Shown here: positions 37,555 to 48,855 of the stretch, in pieces
Layout of the letters: every line of letters begins with the position of its first letter
Position numbering within the stretch: position 1 is the stretch's first letter
Source of the DNA: Mobula hypostoma
Lineage: Eukaryota
Reading direction: 5' to 3'
DNA length: 64,000 nt
Assembly (NCBI RefSeq): GCF_963921235.1
Contig: NC_086097.1
Location: 177,570,001 to 177,634,000 of the forward strand
The notes under the pieces: model-generated
Database searches by the model: none
Told to the model about the DNA's origin: nothing
Seen by the model: the letters and a program-made list of their open reading frames with translations, nothing else
Translations under genes and position numbers: made by a program

Positions 37555-38250
37555 AGCACAAGAAATTCTGGAAAAACACAGCAGTATACACAAAATGATG
37601 GAGGAACCCGGCAGGTGAGGCAGCATCTATGGGAATAATAAACAGGTGGGAAAGGAAAGCCGCTGTGTCGAGCACCTTTGCTTCATCTGCAAAAAGCAGG
37701 AATTCCCAGTGACTGAACTTTTTAACTCCACCGCCCATTTCCATTCTGATATGTCAGTTTATGGCCTCCCCTACTGCCAAGATGGGGACAGTCGCACCTC
37801 ACAATTCAGCTCCTATCTAATGGCAAGGACACCGATTTCTCTAACTTCTAGTAATCTTCTCCCTCCCCTTTCCCCACTTCCATTCTCACTCTGGCTCCCC
37901 TCTTATCTCACCATACTACCTCCTGCCCCTCCTCCTTCCCTTTCTCCCATGGTCCATTCACATTTCCTATCAGATTCCTCCCTCAGCCCTTCACCTTTTC
38001 CACCTATCACCCCACCCCCCCCCCCCCAAGCTTCACACTTCATCTCTGCATCCCCACCCATCTGCCTTCCCCTGGCTTCACCTATCACCTTCTATCTTTT
38101 ACGCCTTCTCCTCCACACCTGCACCCTCCTCCTTCTTCCCCTTTCCTTTCCTTTCCAGTCCTGTTGAAGGGTCTCCATATGAAGCATCAATGGTCTAGTC
38201 CTTTCCAAAGATGCTGCCTGACCTGCTGAGTTCCTCCAGCATTCTGCACA
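37555..38250 (+). mobile_element. Penelope-like fragment with inverted 5' terminal segment
   Basis: Inverted stub at 37555-37645, then 'EHLCFIC..PVTELFNSTAHFHSDMSVYGL', a pyrimidine UTR and a decayed hammerhead at ~38157. Confidence 0.6.
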
Positions 38251-39594
38251 TGTTACAGAGTGCAGAATAAAGTGTTAGTTACAGGAGAACGTGAAATGCA
38301 GACAGACAATAAGATCCAAGGTCAGAAAATCACCATTCCTGTAAAACTTAAAAAAACATTGTTAATAATTTGCAGAGACCTAGCATTGAGAGTTGAAAGA
38401 TGAGACTGATTCTAACAGAAGTAATGAATGGATCTTGACACAGGATTCTGCAGATGCTGGAAACCTTGGGCAACACATACAAAATGCTGTAGAAACTCAG
38501 CAAGTCAGACCATTTTTCCCATAGTAAGGTGACCAAAACTGAACACAATATTCCAAATGTGGCCCCACCAGTCCATCTTTAGATGCATAAGATCTTTCAG
38601 CAAGAACTTTCAAGGACTGTCGCCTTTTACAGTCTTTATCACTCAGTCGACATAGGATTGCTAATGTCAATCATCTGGGCAACGTCATGTCACTGAAGGA
38701 ATCTTGTGTTTTTGCCACTTGGGCAGTCAGAGCCACAAAATAAGGGGCTGGTCATATAAAAGTGGGGTGTGTAGAAATCCTTTCTCACAGAGGGTGTTGA
38801 ATCTCTGGAATACTTTGTCCCTGGCGGTGGTGAAGGCCAAATTAGCATGGAATATTGACACAGTCCGGGCCCACCATGTTGAATTGGGTGGTGTGGCTCG
38901 TTGGGTTGGAAGGGGCATATTCCGTGCTGCATCTCTAAAAGTATATCTGTAGAGTTTTTGTTAGCGTGTTCGGTGACAAGCCAAACCTCCTTTACCTCCT
39001 AGGAAAGTAAAGGCACTGGCAGATTTCCTCATGATTGTACCTATGTGCGTGTGGCACAGGGCAGGTTCCCTGAGAACTTAATGCCCAGGATATGAGGTTG
39101 CCAAATTCTGGGATGAGTGTTTTGTCCTGCCACAAGCAACTAGAGAAATTAGATATGCAATGCTTGGAATCTAGAAGAATGAAAGACTATCTTATTGAAA
39201 CATCTGAAATCCTGAGGGAACACAACAGGAGAGGTGCCGAGCTGTTCCCAAAGGAGTCATGAACGATAGGATATAGTTACAAGGTTAGTGACAGGTCATT
39301 TAAAACTAAAGTGTGGAGGAGCTTCATCCTAAAGTGGTGAATCTCTGGAATTCTCCTTCCTGGAGAGCTGTGGAGGGTGGATCACTTGGCTTGTTTAAAG
39401 AGGAGGGAGATGCATTTATAAAAGATCAGGGAATTGAGAGCTATGGGGAAATGGCTCAGATGGGAAGTTGGCATCAGCTATGAAGGATTAGGTTTGAGAG
39501 GCTGACTGGCCTACTTGTGTTATATTTTCTTATGTGTTCTGTATAACTGACTGTGATCGGACCATGGGAGTCTAACACAGTCAAACTCCTAGAA

Positions 39595-39760
39595 TACACA
39601 AAGCACACACATACACAATTACACACCCACACACGTGTACACACAGACACCATTACACACACATTGACACACAGACACCCTTGCACACAGACATACATGG
39701 ACACACACTGACACACAGACACCCTTACACACAGACATGTACACTCACATATAGATACAT
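39595..39760. repeat. Degenerate (CA)n tract
   Basis: ACACACAG/ACAC runs. Confidence 0.85.
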
Positions 39761-39774
39761 ATGGAAAGATAATG

Positions 39775-41005
39775 GTATGCATTGGTCATGATCTTTCAAG
39801 GATCACTTGATTCTGGCATGGTCCTGAAGAACTGGAAAATTGCAAATGTCATTCCATTCTTTAAGAAAGGAAGAAAGCAAAAGAAAGGAAACTATAGGCC
39901 AGTTAGCCTAGCCTCAGTGGTTGGGTAAGTGTTGGAGTCTATTATTAAGGGGGGGTTTCGAGGTACTTGGAGACCAATGATAAAATAAGTCAAAGTCAGC
40001 ATGGATTCTGTAAAGGGAAATCTTGCCTGATAAATCTGTTAAGAGTTCTTTGAGAAAGAAACAAGCAGGGTGGACAAAGGACAGGCAGTGGATGGCACTT
40101 ATTTGGATTTTCAGAAGGCTTTTGATAAGGTGCCATGCATGAGACCGCTTAACAAGATAAAATCCTATAGCATTACAGGAAAGATACTGGCATGGATAGT
40201 GGAATGGCTGATGGGCAGGAGGCAGCGAGTGGGAATAAAGGGAGTCTTTTCTGGTTGGCTGCCAGTGACTAGTGGTTTTCCTCAGGGGTCAGTATTGGGA
40301 CCGCTACTTTTCACATTGTTTGTCAATGATTTAGATCATGGAATTGATGGCTTTGTGGCAAGGTTTGCTGATGATACAAAGATGGGTGGAGGGTTAGGTA
40401 GTGTGAGGAAGCAATGCAATTGCAGCAGGACTAGGACAAATTGGAGGAATGGGCAAGAATGTGGTACATGGAAAGCAGTGTTGGGAAATGTATGATAATG
40501 CATTTTGGTAAAAGGAACAATAGTTCTGACTATTATCTAAATGGGGAGAAAATTCAAACATCAGAGATGCAGAGGGTCTTGGGAGTCCTCGTGCAAGACT
40601 CCCAGAAGGTTAATTTACAGTTTCAGTCTGTGGTAAAGATGGCAAATGCACTGTTGGTATTCATTTCAAGGAGAATAGAACATAAAAGCAAGGAGATAAT
40701 GCTGAGGCTTTATAAGACACTAGACAACCACACTTGGAGTATTGTCAACCATTTTGGACCCCATATCTCACAAAGGATGTGTTGTCATTGGAGAGAGTCC
40801 ACCGGAGGATGATTCCAGGAATGAAGGGTTAACATATGGGAAGTGTTTGCAGCTTTGGGCCTGTGCTCACTGGAATTTAGAAGAATGCAGGTGTTCTCAT
40901 TGAAAAGACTAGATAAGGTAGACGAGGAGAGGATGTTTCCTATGGTGGGGGTATCGAGAACTAGAGGGCACAGCCTCAAACTTGACGGGCGACCTTTTAG
41001 AACAG
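39775..41005 (+). mobile_element. CR1 ORF2 RT fragment
   Basis: YLDFQKAFDKVP, PQGSVLGPLLF and FADDTK; frameshifted. Confidence 0.9.
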
Positions 41006-41099
41006 ACATATTTTACTTTTTGGTTTTTAAAAATTTTGTTCTTTATACTCATTGTTACTCCGGATCTGATGCAGCAAAAAAAAACAATCCGTTTTTTTA

Positions 41100-41745
41100 G
41101 CAGTCCTCTTTTATTGTCGTTTAGTAATGCATGCATTAAGAAATGATACAATTTGTTCCTCCAGAAACACAAGACAAACCAAGACTAAAAAAAAACTGAT
41201 GAAAACCACATAATTATAACATATAGTTACAACAGTGCAAAGCAATACCGTAATTTGATGAAGAACAGACCATGGGCACTGTAAAAAAAAGTCTCAAAGT
41301 CCCTCGAAAGTCCCATCATCTCACACAGACGGTTGAAGGGAGAAACTCTCCCTGCCATGAGCTTCCAGCGCCGCAAACTTGCCAATGCAGCATCCTGGAA
41401 GCACCTGATCACAGTCTGACTCTGAGCCCGTCTGAAAACTTCGAGCCTCCAACCAGCCCTCTGACACCGAGCACCATCTCTGCCGAGTGCTTTGACCCCG
41501 GCCCCGGCAACAGGCAATAGGCAAAGCTGAGGATTCGGGGCCTTCCCCTCCAGAGATTCTCAATCGCATAGTAGCAGCGGCCGCGAAGCAGGCATTTCAG
41601 AAGTTTCTCCAGATGTTCCTCTGTGCTTCTCACGTCCGTCTCCATCAAATCAGGATTGTGCACGGCCCCTATTTAACAAATACAATATCAATTTGGAGTG
41701 GCCACACGTGCTGCATTGCGCCGCCATCTTCTCCTCCCCTCCGAG
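41100..41745 (-). mobile_element. Probable non-autonomous, non-coding retroelement
   Basis: Minus-strand 5' end GGAGGGGAGGAGAAGATGGCGGC, CpG-rich body and a LINE-like 3' end (GACAATAAAAG); no recognisable ORF. Confidence 0.5.
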
Positions 41746-41911
41746 TGGGGAGTTTGATCTCCTTTACACTCGCGTGCTGAAAAATGACTATAAACAATCT
41801 TGAATTTTGAATCCAAACAAGAGGAAGTCTGCAGATGCTGGAAATTCAAGCAACGCACATCAAAGTTGCTGGTGAACGCAGCAGGCCAGGCAGCATCTCC
41901 AGGAAGAGGTA

Positions 41912-41948
41912 CAGTCGACGTTTCAGGCCGAGACCCTTCGTCAGGACT
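41912..41948 (-). ncRNA. Minimal type I hammerhead ribozyme motif
   Basis: Minus strand reads AGUC-CUGACGA-AGGGUCUCGGCCU-GAAAC-GUC-GACUG. Confidence 0.6.
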
Positions 41949-41958
41949 AGGACTTCGC

Positions 41959-41996
41959 CAGTCCTGACGAAGAGTCTCGGCCTGAAACGTCGACTG
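41959..41996 (+). ncRNA. Minimal type I hammerhead ribozyme motif
   Basis: CAGUC-CUGACGA-AGAGUCUCGGCCU-GAAAC-GUC-GACUG with a perfect 5-bp stem I; stem II is weakened by a G>A change. Confidence 0.55.
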
Positions 41997-43159
41997 TACC
42001 TCTTCCTCAAGATGCTGCCCGGCCTGCTGCGTTCACCAGCAACTTTGATGTGCGTTGCTTGAATTTTGAATAAACGATTGGACAGGCACACAGGCACTAA
42101 TTCAATGTATAGGCTGATGCAAAATGCTAAAAGTCCACCAGAGGGCAGTACACGCCAATAATTCCAGACATTTTCCACAGACCTGGGTTTGGAGTCGAAA
42201 TGTCGATAGTTCTTACACCCGTCCGTCACCCTGATCCCCACACTGATACTGCCTCTTTTATGTGCTACCTTCCCATAACCCTACAAGAAGATGGCAGCTA
42301 TCATCAAGGATCCCCACCATCTGGGCCATACCCTCTTCCTGCTGCCATCAGGCAGGAGGTACCGAAGCCTAAATACTCTCAGCACCAGGTTTAGGAACAG
42401 CTACTTTCCTATAGCGATCAGGCTCTTAAAGCGACCTGCACAACCCTAACCCTACCCCTACCCCTACCCCTACCTCAGCAGTGAACTCTACAGACTACCT
42501 CTTGTACTAGCGCAGACTTGTCTCTGATTGTGTTTTTGCACTACTCTTATTTTGCAGTCTTTTTCTTCACTGTCTTGCATACCTTATGTCTATAATTTAT
42601 GTTGTGTTTGTACCTATACTCCTGTGATATTGCTGCAAGCAAGTTTTTTGATTGTACCAGTACCTCACAGTACTTGTGCACATGGCAATAAACCCAAACC
42701 CAGGTTGGGGGAGCAACGCCTCATGTACCCTCTGGGTAGCTTCCAATCTGATGGCACGGACATCAATTTCTTCTAATTTCTGGTAATTTCTCTCCCCCCA
42801 CCCACCCTTTTGCATCCCCCATTCTGGTTAATCTTTCACTCCTCTTCTCTCGCTTCCCTCTGGTTCTCCTCTCCTTTCCTTTCCTCCATTGTCCGCTGTC
42901 CTCTTCTATCAGATTCTTTCTCCATCAGCTCTTTACCGCTTCCATCCATTCCGTCCCAGCTTCTTACTTTAACCCCCCACTCCAACTAACCAGGCTCTCA
43001 CTGACCTGATCTCACCTTTCACCCACCATCTAGTACTCTTTCCCCAACCCCCTCCACCCCCTTACTTTGGACGATTTGCTCAGTAACCTCCAGTTCAGCA
43101 GTGATGTTGCAGTAAAGAAGTTTTTAAATTGAGTTTGGTTACAAATCCACCCTGCACAT

Positions 43160-44710
43160 CAATGACAGCAACACCTCCCTTCCTGATGTGCTGAATACCT
43201 TGTATGCTCGATTTGCAACATTGAATGATGTGACTGAGGAAATTCCCCTTGCCCCCTGTGGAACAGGTACCCATTCTGGTCAAGTTGTGGAGCATCCTAG
43301 CCAGGGTAAACCCAAACAAAGCTGCGGAGGCGGAAACGTACCTGGTCAGGTGCTGAGGAACTGCATAGTTAACACAGGTCTAACGGCCATCTTTAAAATT
43401 CCTCCGAAGCAGACCACTGTCCTCGCACGCTTGAAGGCAGTCACCACCATTCCGGTGCTCAAGTGAGCGATGGTACAGGACTAAATGATTACTTCCCTGT
43501 GGCACTGACTTTAACAATGATTAAGTGCTTTGTGTGGCTGGTAATGGACTTTTTAAAAAAAAATCCACCTTCCAGCTACATTGGACCCTTTCCAGTTGTA
43601 CTGCTCAACCCATCCACTAATGATGCCAAAACCTTGGCCCTCCTGTCTACCCTGTCCCACCTAGAATGATGGCTCACACACACACCAGGATGTTGTTTAT
43701 CAACCCCCATCCCTCAGAGGCAGCTGGGGAGACCGTCCTTGTTGGGACTCGACGCCCCTCTCTGTAAATGGATGTTAGACTTCTTGAAGGAAAGACCCCG
43801 TCAGTCCAAGTTGGCAGCAGAGTCTCGAGCTCCATCACACTGAGAACCAGTGCTCCCCAGAACTGTGTGCCTGCTGCAGACTCACGACTGCACTGCCCAA
43901 TCCGGCTCAAATCGCATCGTCAAACCTATTGATACTACTGTGGTTGGCCGCATCAGCAAGTGTTGAGTCGACATACAGAGAGGAGACGATGAGGCTTGTC
44001 AGATGGTGAGAGAACCCGAGCCGCTATGTGGACAAGACAGAAGACATGATTGCACATCAATGGCTTTGCCGTGGAGAGAGTGAAGAGCATAATGTTACTT
44101 GACATGCACATAACCTGGACCCACAACACCTCCTCACAGCAGCCTCTACACCTCCTGAGGATTTGAGGTGGGTAAGGCTCCCTGTTCCCGTTCCAACAAC
44201 TTCCTACAGGAGCCCCATCAAGAGTGTCTGCCAAGGAAACTGCAAGGCGTCGGACCGCAGGACCCCACGGATGATAGTAAAAAACCGTCGGGAGGATCAC
44301 TGTGGTCTCCCTCCCCCTTATTTGTGTCTTTTACTGGGACCATTGCAGACAAAGGAGCCAAAACATTGCTGAGGATCCCAACCACCCATCCCACAATCTC
44401 TTTGACCTGTTCCAATCAGGAAGGAGGTACAGGAGCATTGGGACTTGGACTGGCAGACAGGGTAGCAGATTTTTCCTCGGGCTATGAGACTAATGAGCAC
44501 CCTGTCAGCACCAAGGTCTCACACTAGGACAGCTCTTGACTGTTTACCTGTGCTGCGCACTACATGCATTTTCAATTATATCTTATTAACTTATTTATAG
44601 AGTATTAATATTTTGGTTTCTATGATGTGGGCGATATATGGTTTGTTGGGGCACCGTGGTAAGGAGAGATGTTGTTTCATTTGGTTCATTTGAAATAATC
44701 ATGATAAACA
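43160..44710 (+). mobile_element. Heavily degenerate Rex/Babar-like LINE
   Basis: LNTLYARF, LNDYFPVALT..IKCF and DPNHPSHNLFDLFQSGRRYRSI remnants. Confidence 0.65.
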
Positions 44711-44759
44711 AACTCTCCCCATCGATCATTGACGTAAATGAGGATGATAAAGAGGCCTT

Positions 44760-47445
44760 CTGCGCTGGATACGCATCAGCCTGATACAGCCGAGAATCAC
44801 ATCTGCTTCCAATATCTGTACAGTTAATAAAGATATCTTAATGTGATTAATCGATTATTGCTTAAAACCGACGGAAACAGTGTCGACTATAGGAAACGTG
44901 GCTGCCGGTCAGGGATACAAACGAGTTTAAGGAAATGAGGTTTTCAATTCCCAATACCGACTATCTTGCTAGCAAACCTACAGTCTCTAGTAAATAAAAT
45001 CAAAAATCTCAGAGCTAGGGTGCTGTATCAGAGGGACATTTGTTTCATGGAATCCTAGTTAACCCCTTCCATACTGGATGTAGTTCACAGAATCCTGGTT
45101 AACTCCTTCCTTTCTGGGCATAGCGATTCAGATTGATGGATTCACTATACACCATCAGGGTAGGACTGTCGAGTCTCTCAAAAGCAGAGGTGGAAGAGTA
45201 TGCCTCATGATCAACTCTTCTTGGTGCACAAATGTATTAGCGTTGTCCCAATTCTGATCACCAGACCTGGAATATCTTGCAATTAAGCGCTCATTTTAAC
45301 TGCCGGGGGAGATTTCTGGGATGATTTTGGTAACGGTGTACATTCCACCTCAGGCCAATGTCAAACAGGCTCTGGATGATCTGAGCAATGGCATCAACAT
45401 GCAAGAAACAGCACACCCTGACGCCTTCACCATCACTTTGGGGCACTTTAACCAGGCCAGCTTGAAAATATCACTAAATAATTATTATCAACAGATCACT
45501 TGTAGGACCAGAGGAAACAACACACTAGACCATTGCTACACCACCAGCAAGTGTGCTTACCGTGCTATCCCACACTTCAGTAAATCTGATCATCTGGCTG
45601 TACTTCTACTCCCTGAGTAATAGCAGAGACTGAAGACTGCGGCACTGGGAGTGAGGACCAAGAAGGTATGGACAAGGGAAGCACAGGAGCGCCTACAGGA
45701 ATGCTTTGAATCAGTGGACTGGAATGTATTCAAGGATTCATCTTAGAATCTGGATGAGTATGCCATAGCTGTTACCAACTTCATTAAACCCTGTGTGGAT
45801 GAGTGTGTGCCTACGAAAGCTTGCTGTACATTCCCAAACCAAAAGTTGTGGATGAACCAGGAGGTTTGTCGCCTGCTGAGGGCTAGATCGGTGGCATTTA
45901 AGTCTGGTACCCAGGTCTGGACATGAAAACCAGGTATGACTTGCGGAGCGCTATTTTAAGAGTGAAGAAACAATTCCGAACGAGGTTGGAGGTGATATCG
46001 GATGCAGGTCAACTCTGGCAGGATTTGCTGGACTTTACTTCCTACAAAGCGAAACCCAACAGCATGAGTGGCAGCGATGCTTCAGTACCAGATGAGCTCA
46101 ATGCCTCAAATGGTGGGAGTGCTTAGGAGCATTTCCAACCTCTCACTGCTACAGTCGGAAGTTCCCGCCAGCTTCAAAAGGGCAACGATTGTACCAATAC
46201 ATAAGAAGAGTAGCGTGAGCTGCCTTAATGACTATTGCACCGACATCTATGGTGATGAACTGCTTTGAGAGGTTGGTCATGGCCAGAATCAACTCCTGCC
46301 TCAGCAAGGACCTGGACCCACTGCATTTGCCTATCTCCACAATAGCTCTATGGCAGACACAATTTCAATGGCTCTTCACAAGGCCTTAGATCACCTGGAC
46401 GATACAAACACCTATGTCAGGATGATGTTCCTTGACTATAGTTCAGCGTTTAGCACCATCATTCCCACAGCCTTGATCAATAAGCAGCAGACCCTGGGCC
46501 TCTGTACCTCCCTCTGCAATTGGATCCTTGACTTCTTAACTGGAAGACCACAATTGGTAGTTTGATGATAATACCTCCTCCTCGCTGACGATCAATACTG
46601 GTGTACCTGGGGTGTGTGCTTCACTCACTGCTCTACTCTCTCTATACCCATATAGATAGGTGTAGCTCAGATACCATCTATACATTTGCTGATGATACAG
46701 CCATTGTTGGTAGAATCTCAGATGGAGATGAGAGGGTGTACAGGAGTGAGATACACCAGCTAGTTGAGTGGTTTCACAGCAACAACCTTGCACTTGATGT
46801 CAGAAAGATGAAAGAACTGATTGTGGACTTCAGGAAGGTTAAAGAAGGGTACAAGAAGCAATCATCATAGAGGGATCAGAGGTGGCGAGAGTGAGCAGTT
46901 TCAAGTTTCTGGGTGTCAAGATCTCTGAGGATCTAACCTGGTCCCAACATATCAAAGCAACTATAAAGAAGGCAAGACAGCGGCTATATTTCATTATGAG
47001 TTTTAAGAGACTTGGTTTGTCACTTGAAGCCCTCAAACTTCTATAGCTGTACTGTGGAGAGCCTTCTGACAGGCTGCATCGCTGTCTGGTATGGTGGTGG
47101 TGGGGGGATCGAAAGAAGCTGCAGGGAGTTGTAAAATTAGTCAGCTCCATCATGGGTACTAGCCTCCATAGTCTCCAAGACAACTTCAAGGAGCGGTGCC
47201 TCAGAAAGGCGATGTCCATTTTAATGGTCCTCCATCACCCAGGGCATTCTCATTGTTACCGTCAGGAAGGAGGTACTGAAGGCACACAATCAGCGAATCA
47301 GGAAAAGGTTTTTCCCCTCTGCTATACGATTCCTATACTACTTCTGTTTTTGCACTATTTTAAATCTATTCAATATTCATATATATATATATATATATAT
47401 ACATACCGTAATTGATTTATTACTTATTTTTTCTTTCTATATTAT
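44760..47445 (+). mobile_element. Long degenerate Rex/Babar-like LINE (EN and RT)
   Basis: [35 protein letters not shown] and FADDT; many stops and frameshifts. Confidence 0.85.
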
Positions 47446-48183
47446 CATTCACCTTTCCATGTCTGAGTTTTTAATTTTCTCTCCATTGTTCATGCCTTTA
47501 TTCCTTCTACCAAAGTTCATACATTTACCAACCCTGTATTCATCTGCCACTTCCTTGCCCATTCTCCCAATCTGTCTAAGCCCTCCAGTAGCTTCTTCAA
47601 CATTACCTGTCCCCAACCTATCTTCATATAGTCCACAAAGCTGGCCCAAAGCCATCAATTCTTTCATCCAAATCTTTAACATATAATGTGAAAAGAAGCA
47701 GTCCCAACACTAAGCCCTGTGGCACAGCACCAGTTTGCTGGCAGCCAACCAGAAAAGACCCCCTTTATTCCCACTCTACCTCCTGTCAGCCAAACTTGTA
47801 CCCATGCCAGTTTCTTTCCTGTAATACCATAGGCTGCTGACTTGGTAAGTAGCCTCACATGTAGCACCTTGTCAAAGGCATTCAGTAAATACAAATAAAC
47901 AATGTCAATTGACTCTCCTTTGTCTATTCTGCCTGTTATTTACTCAAAGAATTCCAACAGATTTGAAACCACATCCTTAATTATAGATTTCACCATCGGC
48001 CCAACCGCTTCCGAAGCACCTTCTCCTTAGTAATAGTGGCGCCCTGCCCCTGATACCCTCACATTTCTGGCACAGTGAAAACTGATGCAAGATACTTATT
48101 AAGCATGTCCAACATTTCCTTGTCCCCATTTCTGCTGCTCCAGTATCATTTTCCAGTGGTTCAATGTCCACTCTCATCTCTGC

Positions 48184-48378
48184 TTTGTTGTTGTTGAGTG
48201 CCGTCAAGTTGTTGTCGATTCTGGCGACCCTGTGGATAGTGTAGCTTTCTGTAGGGTTTTCATGGTAAGATACAGAAATAGATTGTCAGGTTTGCCCAGG
48301 TTGGGACTCGGCTGAATTCGAACTCAGGACTATCTGCCTCAAAGTCCAGAGCGGATGCGACTACACTACTGCCTGGCT
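48184..48378 (-). mobile_element. tRNA-derived SINE with RTE-type tail
   Basis: Minus strand has B box GAGTTCGAATTC and tail CACAGGGTCGCC..CTTGACGGCACT(CAA)n; its head resembles the SINE at 33676. Confidence 0.65.
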
Positions 48379-48477
48379 CCATTTCTCCTTTACTCTTTAT
48401 AAATCAATGAAAAAAAAATCTGTATCCTCTTTTATATTATTGGCTAGCTTACCTTCATATTTCATCTTTTGCCTCTG

Positions 48478-48855
48478 TTTGGTGGAGTGGAGATACGTTT
48501 CTACCAAAGGGGGCGTAAGGCACTCCTACTCTCCGCTAGCCTGCAGGTCAACCTTGGGCAAGGTGTAGTACCTGCTTAGCAGCACCGATCAGGATCACGC
48601 GGAGCCTCGGGAGCAGGTGGCAGATGGTCCTAGGAGCAGCTGGTGTATATCACAAGTCCTGGTTTTGTGACCACTGACACAATGCAGACAACCTCTGAAG
48701 AGCATTGATAATGGCTGGAATCACCCATTTTATAAAGACACTGCCCAGAAGAAGCCAATGGCAAACCACTTCTGTAGAAAAATTTGCCAAGAATAATCAT
48801 GGTGAATTGACCATGATTATCCACATCATGCAACATGGCACATCATAATGATGAT
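48478..48855 (+). mobile_element. Non-autonomous RTE-related short element
   Basis: GAAGAAGCCAATGGCAAACCACTT motif and tail CATGGCAC..AATGATGAT, resembling the tail of the RTE at 31258. Confidence 0.6.

Larger units (their letters stand above)
41842..42066. repeat. Inverted repeat (107-bp arms, 11-bp spacer) built from Penelope-like terminal repeats
   Basis: 41842-41948 is the reverse complement of 41960-42066 with 4 mismatches by my count. Confidence 0.95.

Noticed and set aside
42444..42475. CCCTAACCCTACCCCTACCCC telomere-like run
   Set aside because: There is only one true CCCTAA unit; it is a short simple repeat within a LINE 3' UTR.
48480..48585. Possible second HDV-like fold (GGGCAA plus a short hairpin)
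   Set aside because: I could not place P1, P3 and L3 in HDV order.
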